From positions 3,162,001 to 3,226,000 of the forward strand of contig NC_079239.1 of assembly GCF_027921745.1 (NCBI RefSeq): a DNA stretch of 64,000 nucleotides, given 5' to 3'. Below the pieces are notes generated by a model. That model did no database searches and was not told the DNA's origin. It was given only the letters and a program-made list of their open reading frames with translations. Positions 24,268 through 33,735 of the stretch are shown piece by piece. Source of the stretch: Schizosaccharomyces osmophilus. Lineage: Eukaryota. The translations under genes were made by a program, and so were the position numbers. Positions within the stretch are counted from its first letter, which is position 1, and each line of letters begins with the position of its first letter.

Positions 24268-24823
24268 ACTTAGGAGAGAAAGCAGGCTATTCTCTTTGAG
24301 TTCCAATGACTCGTTTTGCCAAAAGGAGCAACACTCCGATAATGGAATGTATATGTACGCTAATTTAAGAATGCCTTCGGTAATGGGGTTTTTTTTTTCC
24401 AGTTTAACTTTTTGGTTGATAATGTTTTTATTTACTTTAGAATTTGCATGAACTAGATGTTAATTTATATTAATATTTAATATTCTATATTCTATAAGGG
24501 TATTTGCAAATACTGGATTCGAGATTCGTAGCTAAAAGGGAAGTGGTTCGCAGACTTTTGCAAAAGTCCAGTAAACCCATATGCTTTTAGCTACAGTACA
24601 TACACTATTGATGTTCACTACATGACTTTACCATGACAACTTACTCTTTCAAACTTTTAAACAGAACTTCAACCGAACTTCTCATAGGCTACGCACGATA
24701 ATAAACTGATTGAAAAAATACATTCAATGGGGAACCCAAAGTATATCTTATCCAAATGTTGTTTTTCCTTTAACCAGCAACTTTTTTATTGAAATGACAG
24801 CGGAGAGTAATTTCCGTTGCTTT

Positions 24824-25413
24824 TTACTGATTAAGGATATCAGAATCACCGGCGTCCATGATTGCAAGGACACCAACGCGGAAAAGACGACCAGAGGCAG
24901 TACCTAAATCAATGCTAAAATGCGAGTTAGCATGTTACAATTCGACTCCCACTTAAGATCTTTGTCGAAATAAAGATATTGACAAAAATTCCTATGACAT
25001 TCGTTTAGGAAGGACATGAGGCTGAGACTTGAAGTTTCATAAATTTCATATGTTTTATTGGGCATGTTTCAGATGGTCAAAAAATCCACAGTTCTCATGC
25101 ACTCAGCCCTTCGTAAAGAACCTCATACTGCAATAATTACTTACTTTGAACCATTGTAATGGTGAACAGAGCACTTGCTAAGCATAGCATAATATTCCAA
25201 CTCAGACTTGCGAAGGGCAGGAGTATTACCGGCAAGGAGGATGAGTTTAGCCTTTCCGGAGCGAAGAGCCTTCAAGGAAGACTTGTAACCCAAGACATAT
25301 TTACCACTCTTCATGGTCAAAGCCAACTTGGAGTTGATGGTATCACCAGACTTCTTAGTCTTCTTGGTGAGGCTAACAGCTTGAGCGGTTTGAGGAGCTT
25401 GAGGAGCAGACAT
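24824..25413 (-). CDS. rpl3002: 60S ribosomal protein L30 (eL30), paralog 2, 119 aa, 2 exons
   Basis: Exons 25413-25145 and 24914-24824; 230-nt GTAAGT..CTAAC..TAG intron. Sequence [52 protein letters not shown]. Ala/Pro-rich N-terminal extension. Confidence 0.93.
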
Positions 25414-25540
25414 TTTTGCGGTTTTCTAATTGTTTTTATTGAAAGAATGAACCAAACTCGGAAATCTCAAGACTTTGCAGCAGCGGCTGTTGTTACAATT
25501 TAGTTACGACAATATTTCACAGGATTGTTTCATTTATAAA

Positions 25541-25558
25541 CAGTCACTACCCTACCCT
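25541..25558. promoter_or_regulatory. HomolD and HomolE ribosomal-protein promoter elements
   Basis: CAGTCAC 25541-25547 directly followed by ACCCTACCCT 25549-25558, about 130 nt upstream of the rpl30 ATG. Confidence 0.85.
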
Positions 25559-26337
25559 ATACATTTTTGACAAATTTTTTTGGATATAACGTAGTATACA
25601 ATAACTCACTAAATAGTAAACAAATCAGTAAAGTAAATAAACAGTAGTCATTTTTATTTTTCTCGTCTGGTTCTTTGAATAAAATTGTATCTAACTGATT
25701 TGTCGTGTAATGAAGTCAAATTTCACATTTAAAATTGCGTTTTTTCGCATAGCTGAAAAACTTGTATTATATCAATAAATTGAGATGGCATCTTAAGTGT
25801 CATTCGTAGAATTTCATTGTATGTATTTTCTCAAGTATACTACTATACTACTATATTGATGATTAAAGGTGATGGAAATGATTCTTTATCTTGCAGGTTT
25901 TTGCCAATAGCTCGCTCACGACACATCAATAGAGAGGTGTCAAGGTTGAAGAAATGCATTCCAATTCACTTTGGCGTGCCTTTCCTGAGTTATTAAAAAA
26001 AAGTTCTTTTCTACACCGAATGATATTCCAACAGTCGTCTTTTGGTTTAATTTATATGTCCGTTTCGAATCTGCATTTGTACTGAATATTACTATCTCAG
26101 TTCAAGGGATCTTCCATATTCATTAACCCCAAGATCAATTTCTCATATCTTTTAGATTTGAGCTTTGTATTGTCATACTTTAGAGAGCCGTCGCTATTCT
26201 TTTCCAGAAGGATTTAATGAAAGGCCTCCAGTTTATGGTCTTTTAGTTAATACAGATTGGCTTGCCTTAGAAACTCTCTAAAGACTTAAGTATATTTTTA
26301 CTAAAAGTTCATATTCCAGAGAAAGAACCCGAAAAAA

Positions 26338-26709
26338 ATGCGCATGGACGAGTTTTATACTCGCGTGTATGATATGGTGTGTGAAATACCATATGGACGA
26401 GTTTGTACATACAGCCAAATTGCCAAGGCCGTTGAAGCTCCAACATATTCTCGACATGTGGGACAGGCTCTCAAATTCTTGCATCCTGAATCCCACGTCC
26501 CATGGCACCGTGTTGTCAACAGCCGTGGGTGTATTTCCAAACGCGATGTATCTAGTGGTGAGCAAAGACAGAAAGATCGTCTTGAAGAAGAAGGAGTTGA
26601 AGTCTGGCAAACAAGTATTGGTGAATACAAGATTAGCTTAAAAGACTCTCTTTGGCAACCAACTGCACCTTTTCCAGTTTTGGATTATTCCTCGTCTTCT
26701 CCATCATAG
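26338..26709 (+). CDS. atl1: Alkyltransferase-like protein Atl1, 123 aa
   Basis: MRMDEFYTRVYD..IPYGRVCTY..PWHRV. Trp replaces the catalytic Cys of PCHRV, which defines ATL proteins. Confidence 0.95.
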   Translation: MRMDEFYTRVYDMVCEIPYGRVCTYSQIAKAVEAPTYSRHVGQALKFLHPESHVPWHRVVNSRGCISKRDVSSGEQRQKDRLEEEGVEVWQTSIGEYKISLKDSLWQPTAPFPVLDYSSSSPS

Positions 26710-26897
26710 GAAAGCGAAAGTTAGTTTTATAGTTGCTTTTGGTGTATCATGTCCTTACCTACAAGAACTTCATTTACTAATCTGCCTGCTTACGTCGCAG
26801 GTGTACACTAAAATTCTCGAAACCATATATTTATTCTTCCTCTTTTAATTTAAATAAAAAATTTTAATTCCAAAATTACTTTACAGTATATGATCGT

Positions 26898-27392
26898 TTA
26901 GTTTTCACGTGCAGCTTCAACATTTCCCATTTCTTCGTCATGGCCCCCATTATTATTAGTAGTATTTTCAGGTTGTGCATGGTCATCAGGAAAACGGTTC
27001 GGTTGAATACTTTGGGTTTCCTGTTCAACTTCCATATCGGCTTCCGCATCCAGCTTTTGTGATGCTTTTTCTGGTTGGTTTTTGGGGATGAGGCGGATTT
27101 GTTCCAAAACAAGCCTTCTTTGACAAACAAGTAAATCCTTGTTTGATAGTTCAACATCGTTTCTTACGGGAACGACAATGTCTGTACCGATGCAATGGAA
27201 CCATGTTCCTCGAAAAAACATGCCCCCGATTCGAACAATGGGATGAAGCGTATCAAGACCCATAATAACAAGATCATCCATCGGCTGAAAATCCACTGAA
27301 GAATTTTTGAACTGAAAAATAATGTTTTCCAAACCCTCTTCCTCCTTCTCTCTCCCTTCTTCTACTTCATGACTTGGCGAACTGTTGTACAT
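26898..27392 (-). CDS. sfc7: TFIIIC subunit Sfc7 (Tfc7/GTF3C6-like), 164 aa
   Basis: Motif [32 protein letters not shown]. The only suitable ATG (27392) lies inside the ubc14 CDS. Confidence 0.85.
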   Translation of the reverse strand: MYNSSPSHEVEEGREKEEEGLENIIFQFKNSSVDFQPMDDLVIMGLDTLHPIVRIGGMFFRGTWFHCIGTDIVVPVRNDVELSNKDLLVCQRRLVLEQIRLIPKNQPEKASQKLDAEADMEVEQETQSIQPNRFPDDHAQPENTTNNNGGHDEEMGNVEAAREN

Positions 27393-28072
27393 AATCTCGA
27401 GCAATTTTCTCAAACGCAGGACGATCGTTATTGTATTGCTCTGCAACGGATGGGCTTAATGGGTCGTCTGGATTGGGCTCAATTAAGAGATGAATCACTT
27501 GTTCAAGGATACTCCTTAGCTTCACACTAGGCTTGAACACTTGAGGTCTTAAAATAGGCAAACAAATATTCCCTTCTGAATCAAACTATATATCTTGTTA
27601 GTGTTTATAAAATAGAAAACTGCACATGTGCCTATCGCTTGCAGCTGCAACTCCTTGTAAATTCCATCAACCATAACGGTTGCAAGCTTAATACAACGCA
27701 TACTTCAAAAAGACAGAAGAAAAGCCTAGATAAATGAGCACTTACATTGGGATGATATATTCTGGTTGTAAACTGAGCAGTTGGAGGTTGAAATGGGTAA
27801 TCAGGACGAAATGCTAAGGTAAAATGGAATGTACCTCCAACGTACACAGAATCACGAGGCCCTGCAACTGCACAGTTCCACTGGTAAAGATTCTCGTTTG
27901 CCAAAGAACAGCGTAAGTTGGAAATGGGATTTTCCTGTAAGTCTGCAAATTCCTATACCACAATGTGTCAATGTCAAAACTATTCTAAGTTTATATATCT
28001 TTGAAAAGTTCTAATTAAATATAAACATACTTTGTTGATTCTTCGTACACTTGCTGATGAAGGAGATGTCAT
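27367..28072 (-). CDS. ubc14: Ubiquitin-conjugating enzyme E2 Ubc14, 155 aa, 3 exons
   Basis: Exons 28072-28031, 27952-27746, 27585-27367. Sequence [31 protein letters not shown] (catalytic Cys), EPNPDDPL. Confidence 0.9.
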
Positions 28073-28581
28073 TTGTTAAAGGCAAAGTTCAATTGAGTAT
28101 TTAAGAATACTAAAAAATCATATATCAGGTAAAACGAATATTGAAAATGCTCTATATATAATGAATTTTGAAACTAATTCAATTTCTTCTGTTTAGATTT
28201 CAACAGAGACGTTTCATTTCATCTTCATATAGGGGTCGGTTTTCAACACTACTATGTTTGACATCTAAATTGAATGACTAAATATTTTTATTATCAAAAA
28301 TCGTCGGATTCTTTGACTATGGAACTTTCCAATTCCAAGCTACCTTCAAGCAGTTGATTTGTTTTACCACTTGTGTGTTATATTAAGAAATGGGCAACTA
28401 CTAGAGTATAATACTCCTAAAGCAGTCGAGAATATCTCTTACACTTCATTTTTTTATCAATTTCTTCTGGATAAAAGCATACTTTTTTATTGCACATAAA
28501 CTCGGTAATTAAAACGGACAAACAACATCATAATAATCTTTCATAGATCGTTTCTTGCCTCTTCTAAAACGAATTCAGACC

Positions 28582-29157
28582 TTAACTGTCTTTACTTTGA
28601 TCTTCTTGGGCAGAAATAGCTTCCTTGTGGACGAATCCATATTTTGCAAAGATCATTCCGAGAACGAACGCTGTAGCGACTAATTTCCACTGACTCATAT
28701 CTGCTGAAGTTCTAACAAGATGGTTAATATACTGAAATGGGATCTACTCAATATTCACTGACAACATGAACAAGCTGCTGAAGGTGAAAGTAGCCAGATT
28801 TCGATTAATTCCATTAAGGAAAGACTTTTTCGGCTCCTTTTCGGAAGGGTTTTGTTCTTTACAATCTTGATGATCGTTTGATTCTATACAAGCAGGATTT
28901 TCCACAGAAGCTGCTTCTTGAGCTAATGATTTCGAATTCGATTTCTTTTCAGTAGCATTAGTTGAACTTGGTTTCTTCTCATTTTGCTTTTCCTTTTTAT
29001 CTTTATTTCCAATTTCCTTTTGCTTTTCGACTTCTTCCTTTTGAGCGTCTTCCCATGGTTGCAAAACATTATATTCGTTGAATCGTGCATTGGCATATTT
29101 GAGCCATTCTTCAGGCGAGCGAGAAACGCCCTTCTTTCTGTTTATTAATCTAAACAT
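28582..29157 (-). CDS. mug95: Schizosaccharomyces-specific meiotically upregulated membrane protein, about 174 aa, 2 exons
   Basis: Exons 29157-28763 and 28711-28582 (GTCAGT..TTAAC..TAG intron). Hydrophobic segment WKLVATAFVLGMIFAKYG. FLEX-type TGTTTAC at 29213-29219. Name from synteny only. Confidence 0.65.
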
Positions 29158-29527
29158 ATAAAAGCAGTTATTTTGTAGTATTCACGGGGAATATGTTTCT
29201 TTCATATTCACTTGTTTACTAAACTGGGCTGTATCAACAGACCATAGGACCCATAAACAATACACTTCATCACATTTACAAACAACTCCACAAAAATCAA
29301 AAGCAAACATATCAAATATGTAAATAGAAAACTAAATGTTTCTTTGGGTGGGTTAGACTCATTAACGATGTATTTATAATAATTAGTTTTATTAGTGTAC
29401 AAAAAAATTGAGCGATCATACAAAAGCCCAAATTATAACAAACTTTTATGAACATCAAAACTGAAAGAGATTCCTTGGAAATTCAAAAAATGATGTTTCG
29501 ACCAGGAAAAAAATAGTATGTGTGAAC

Positions 29528-32500
29528 CTATGCTTCATTTTCTATTCGGTCTTCTTGCTGTGAAATTGCCTCTAAATCCATTCCACGTAAAGTTGCAAGC
29601 GTGCCGTTCTCCTCAAATTCCTGAATCTTCTGCTCCATAGCAGCTTGCATATAATTGGCATCTTCATACACGAAAGAACCTTCCTCATTATATGTACGAG
29701 CATTATTAAACATAGTCATAAAGTCAGAAATCATTGCATCTAACGATTTATAATAAGTTCCGTTAATATGCTTTCGTATGATATCAAGAGCGATAGGTGC
29801 TTTAATAATTGAGTAATAGTCCGGATAGAGCTTCTTACTAGGAACTTCTAAAAACATGCCATTTACAAGTCTGTCATGTTCATCTTTCAACTCATAAACG
29901 GTATTATAAATTTCAAGACAAACACGACGAAGAAGAGATCTATGCTCAGAAGTCAATGTATCAGGTGCAGGGCCTCGCTTGCGCTTTGGCTTCCCGTTTA
30001 ATCCAAGCTGAACAGGTTCGTCAACTGCACTTGAGCTCCGCTTGGGCCTGCCCCGACCTGGCTTAACTTCTGGCTCCATTTCCATCTCGGTAAGCCACTG
30101 AGCATCTCTAGCAGTTTCGTCGTACACCACAGGAACACGACGTCGAGCACCACGTCCCAAATCTTCGAGAATTTGTGGCTCCTCTTCAACTTTGGCCGGC
30201 TGTTCTTGTTGATAAAATTCCGGAAGTTCCTCCACCTGGATAAGTCGCTCTCTGCCCTTGCTTTTACTATAAGGACTAATTTCATCATCCTCCTCTGTCA
30301 TCTTTCTATACAAGTCCAGCTCTTGATCACTACGCGCAAGCACTTCATTTAGTTCATCGTCGTCCAGTTCTCCCTTCTCATCATTATGTTCCTCACCATT
30401 TTCATTTTCCAATAGAGATCGCAAAAATGCGTCTCTTTCCTCTGGCGTAGATTTGTTGTCAAATTTACCAGCTTGAATAACCTTTCCGTCAATGTCTAAT
30501 TTGTATTGGGCCCGAGAAAGAATGTTCTCTTCCACAGATTTTTCTGTGATAAGCCTGTAAATTCTAACTTCCTTCGTTTGACCAATGCGGTGAGCACGAT
30601 CTTGTGCTTGTAAATCTTGGTGAGGATTCCAGTCTGAATCAAAAATGACGACTGTATCAGCACTCTGAAGATTCAATCCTAAACCACCTGCTCGAGTACT
30701 CAGTAAAAAAATTTGGATTTCTGCCGTAGGATCGTTGAACACACCGAGTAGCTTAGATCGATCATCAGCTTTTGTCGAACCATCCAAACGTAAGTAACGG
30801 AAATGCCGGTACTGTAAGTAATCTTCCATGATGTTCATAATTTGTGTCATTTGGAAAAACATAAGGACTCGGTGGCCCGCACGGAACAGTTTAGGAAGGA
30901 CTCTATCTAATAACTCGAATTTACCAGAGACCCTCCATAACATATCATAGTTTAGGCCAGTGGGATCAATCGACCGTTCAACATCTTCAAAAACGTAAGG
31001 ATGATTGCAAATTTTCTTTAACTGCATCACAGTGTTTTGAAGACCCTTAATACCTGCTCTACCTTTATTCTCATCCTCAACAAACAGAATACCATGCTTC
31101 TTCATTTGGTGATACAATTTCTGCTGTAATCCAGACATCTGACAGCGGATTACCTTCTCAACTTTATCTGGAAGCTCGGATTCAACGTCCTTTTTCAAGC
31201 GACGAAGCAAAAATGGACGCAACACTTTGTGTAAACGTCTAATCACCAGTAAAGACTCTTCTTCGGTTAGCTCTATTTTATCTTGATTCCCAGTATTAGC
31301 GAACGGAGTATTAAACCACTCATCAAAACTCTTGACAGACTTGAAAATTTTGGGAAGCACAAAATTAAGCAACGCCCACAGCTCAGGCAGATTATTTTGA
31401 AGTGGTGTTCCCGTCAAAATCAGGCGATATCGAGAAGAATAGTAGGTCATTAATGTGTTAGTCAATTTTGACTGGGTATTTTTCAATCGATGACCTTCGT
31501 CCATAATCATGTAAATCCATTTTATACGACTAAGAACGGGTCTATCTTTAATGATATATTCAAAAGTAGTTAATAAAACTTGGAAATTCCCGTGACGGAC
31601 TTGTGGCTGTAAAGCCTTACGAACCAAAGGTGGACCCTTGTAGACGATTTTTGAGATTGACGGAGCCCACCTCTCAAATTCCATAGCCCAATTCGTTAGT
31701 GTAGATAAAGGAACGATGATCAGGAAAGGGCCATTCTGACGCTTCTTCTCAATTAAATGAGTGACTAAAGAGATAGTTTGAATGGTTTTACCCAGACCCA
31801 TTTCATCAGCCAAAATACCGTTCAAATGGTTATTGTACAAGGATATCATCCACTGAAGACCGCGAACTTGGTACTCTTTCAGTTTACCACCGACTAAAAT
31901 AGATGGTTGTTCAAAAATAACCTCTTGAATGTTGTGAGCAACGTTATAATAATCAACCTTCTTCTCGCTTTCGCCGGCGAGAGAATCATCATAAGCAGCG
32001 CCACCCGATTGAGACTGCTGGTCCTTGACAGCGGATGCCAAAGAATCCAAATAGGTATCGGTTTGCCGAAGAAGATGAGTAATTCTGGTATCCTTAGCCT
32101 GGTCAATTAATTTTAAGTAAGCTTCCTCATCATCTTCTCGTAAAGCCTGTAATCTCTCTTTTGCGTTGCGTTCAGCACGCCTTTGTTCTTCTTTTTCAAT
32201 ATGTGAATGATATGCCAAAACAGCGCGATTCGATTTCTGGGCCCTAGCCTGAGCATTTTTGGTGCGAACGGCGAGTTCCCGCCCACGAGAACAAATATTT
32301 TGCAGATAATCGTATTGGCGTTGTTTCTGTCGGCGTTCCCGGTCACTACGTTGTTGCCGTTCCAAGGCCTCGGTAAGGCGTGTAGCTTGGGGAGCAGGTT
32401 TAGGAAGCTTGCAAGCGACGCGATCAGCTGTATTCAAAAGAACGCGCATATATGGTTTACAATGTCGGATTTGTGCATGTAAATCCTCTTGTCGCTTTGC

Positions 32501-33142
32501 GAGCCGCAGCATTTTTAGTTCCATCAAAGCATTCCTTTTTGTAGAGTGTACGTGCTGAGGCTTTTGGTCTCCGTCAAAGTAATGTAAACTAGGTATATCT
32601 TCAGTTGCCGCAGACATGCCTTCTAATTCATGTATTCGTTTCGTTAAACGAACATGAATAGCCATGTCCTGTAATTTCTGATTGTGTGCCTGGACTCTGT
32701 GTCGATAGGATAATGGCTGTAGGTATTCCGGTTCCACAAAACTGAAATCGTTTTTGGACATTGGCGACAGATTCGTCTGCACCTCCGACACTTCCAAATC
32801 ATTCCGGTCTTCTTGTTTCGTTTTTCTTTCTTCGTCTAATAATACTCTGAACACTTCATTGCCCGACACAGGCAAATTCAATGACAACTGACGATATGAT
32901 TTCACCATCTCCTTCAAAATTTTCTTTTCCACTTCCTCGTCGATAGAACTTGCATATTCTTTTAATAAGGCTTTTGCCTTTTTTTTAGCTTGAATGTTTT
33001 TTTGCACGTTCCTTAATTCATCACAGATTTGAGCGTACGCGACATTGTTCCGTTCCGTCGCGCCTGTTTCTTTTAATTTTTTCCATTTCTCTAACAGTTC
33101 TTCTGTATCACTCTTACTATACTCCTTCTCAACAAATGTCAT
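29528..33142 (-). CDS. snf21: RSC chromatin-remodelling ATPase Snf21 (HSA, SNF2 helicase, bromodomain), about 1204 aa
   Basis: ILADEMGLGKT, DEGH, LTGTPLQN, QAQDRAHRIGQ; bromodomain YPDYY..NARTYNEEGS. First ATG at 33142. Confidence 0.93.
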   Translation of the reverse strand: MTFVEKEYSKSDTEELLEKWKKLKETGATERNNVAYAQICDELRNVQKNIQAKKKAKALLKEYASSIDEEVEKKILKEMVKSYRQLSLNLPVSGNEVFRVLLDEERKTKQEDRNDLEVSEVQTNLSPMSKNDFSFVEPEYLQPLSYRHRVQAHNQKLQDMAIHVRLTKRIHELEGMSAATEDIPSLHYFDGDQKPQHVHSTKRNALMELKMLRLAKRQEDLHAQIRHCKPYMRVLLNTADRVACKLPKPAPQATRLTEALERQQRSDRERRQKQRQYDYLQNICSRGRELAVRTKNAQARAQKSNRAVLAYHSHIEKEEQRRAERNAKERLQALREDDEEAYLKLIDQAKDTRITHLLRQTDTYLDSLASAVKDQQSQSGGAAYDDSLAGESEKKVDYYNVAHNIQEVIFEQPSILVGGKLKEYQVRGLQWMISLYNNHLNGILADEMGLGKTIQTISLVTHLIEKKRQNGPFLIIVPLSTLTNWAMEFERWAPSISKIVYKGPPLVRKALQPQVRHGNFQVLLTTFEYIIKDRPVLSRIKWIYMIMDEGHRLKNTQSKLTNTLMTYYSSRYRLILTGTPLQNNLPELWALLNFVLPKIFKSVKSFDEWFNTPFANTGNQDKIELTEEESLLVIRRLHKVLRPFLLRRLKKDVESELPDKVEKVIRCQMSGLQQKLYHQMKKHGILFVEDENKGRAGIKGLQNTVMQLKKICNHPYVFEDVERSIDPTGLNYDMLWRVSGKFELLDRVLPKLFRAGHRVLMFFQMTQIMNIMEDYLQYRHFRYLRLDGSTKADDRSKLLGVFNDPTAEIQIFLLSTRAGGLGLNLQSADTVVIFDSDWNPHQDLQAQDRAHRIGQTKEVRIYRLITEKSVEENILSRAQYKLDIDGKVIQAGKFDNKSTPEERDAFLRSLLENENGEEHNDEKGELDDDELNEVLARSDQELDLYRKMTEEDDEISPYSKSKGRERLIQVEELPEFYQQEQPAKVEEEPQILEDLGRGARRRVPVVYDETARDAQWLTEMEMEPEVKPGRGRPKRSSSAVDEPVQLGLNGKPKRKRGPAPDTLTSEHRSLLRRVCLEIYNTVYELKDEHDRLVNGMFLEVPSKKLYPDYYSIIKAPIALDIIRKHINGTYYKSLDAMISDFMTMFNNARTYNEEGSFVYEDANYMQAAMEQKIQEFEENGTLATLRGMDLEAISQQEDRIENEA

Positions 33143-33735
33143 GCTAAATAAAAACTTCACTTCACACCATATAAGAAAAGCGAGTTTTTTACTTTTTTAT
33201 TTGAAATTGTTCTCCAGATAACTTGAAAGCCACCAATTTCGTTAGGCTTAGAATAGCTAATTTGCTGATTCTTGCAAATCGTTAAATTTCTGTAGTTTTG
33301 GTGGTTACCACCATACTGCCTCCGGTATGCATGGTGGTGTTGTAGGATAGTGCAGCGACCACGGTAATATTAATAATGATAGGCTTCAAGTACGGTAACG
33401 TCGATTGGGAGGACTAGCAAACCAGATGTTTTGATAAAATAAATGTATAAAAGAGGAATGACAATGGATTCCAAACGTTTGATTAGATTTTACTCAATGG
33501 ATAGTTCCCTCTTTACTAGAATGACTACAGTACTTGCTGATTCTCTTCAATATTCGTGGATGTATATGTAAACTTCTTTTTTCCATGTCTGCTATCTTTG
33601 TCTTACTCTCATTTTTCTAGCATCCTAGCATCCATAAAACTAAATAACAAGATCGATGTATTATGTATAGCTTTTACCAAAAATTAAATTCGTTTACCAA
33701 ATCAACCCATTCCAATTAAATATACAACGAACGCT

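Noticed and set aside
24880..24905. eL30 GTASGR instead of the common GTACGK
   Set aside because: This position varies naturally among fungal eL30 proteins, so it is not evidence of altered function.
25819..25896. GTATGT..TTGCAG intron-like stretch upstream of atl1
   Set aside because: No consensus branch point and no flanking reading frame.
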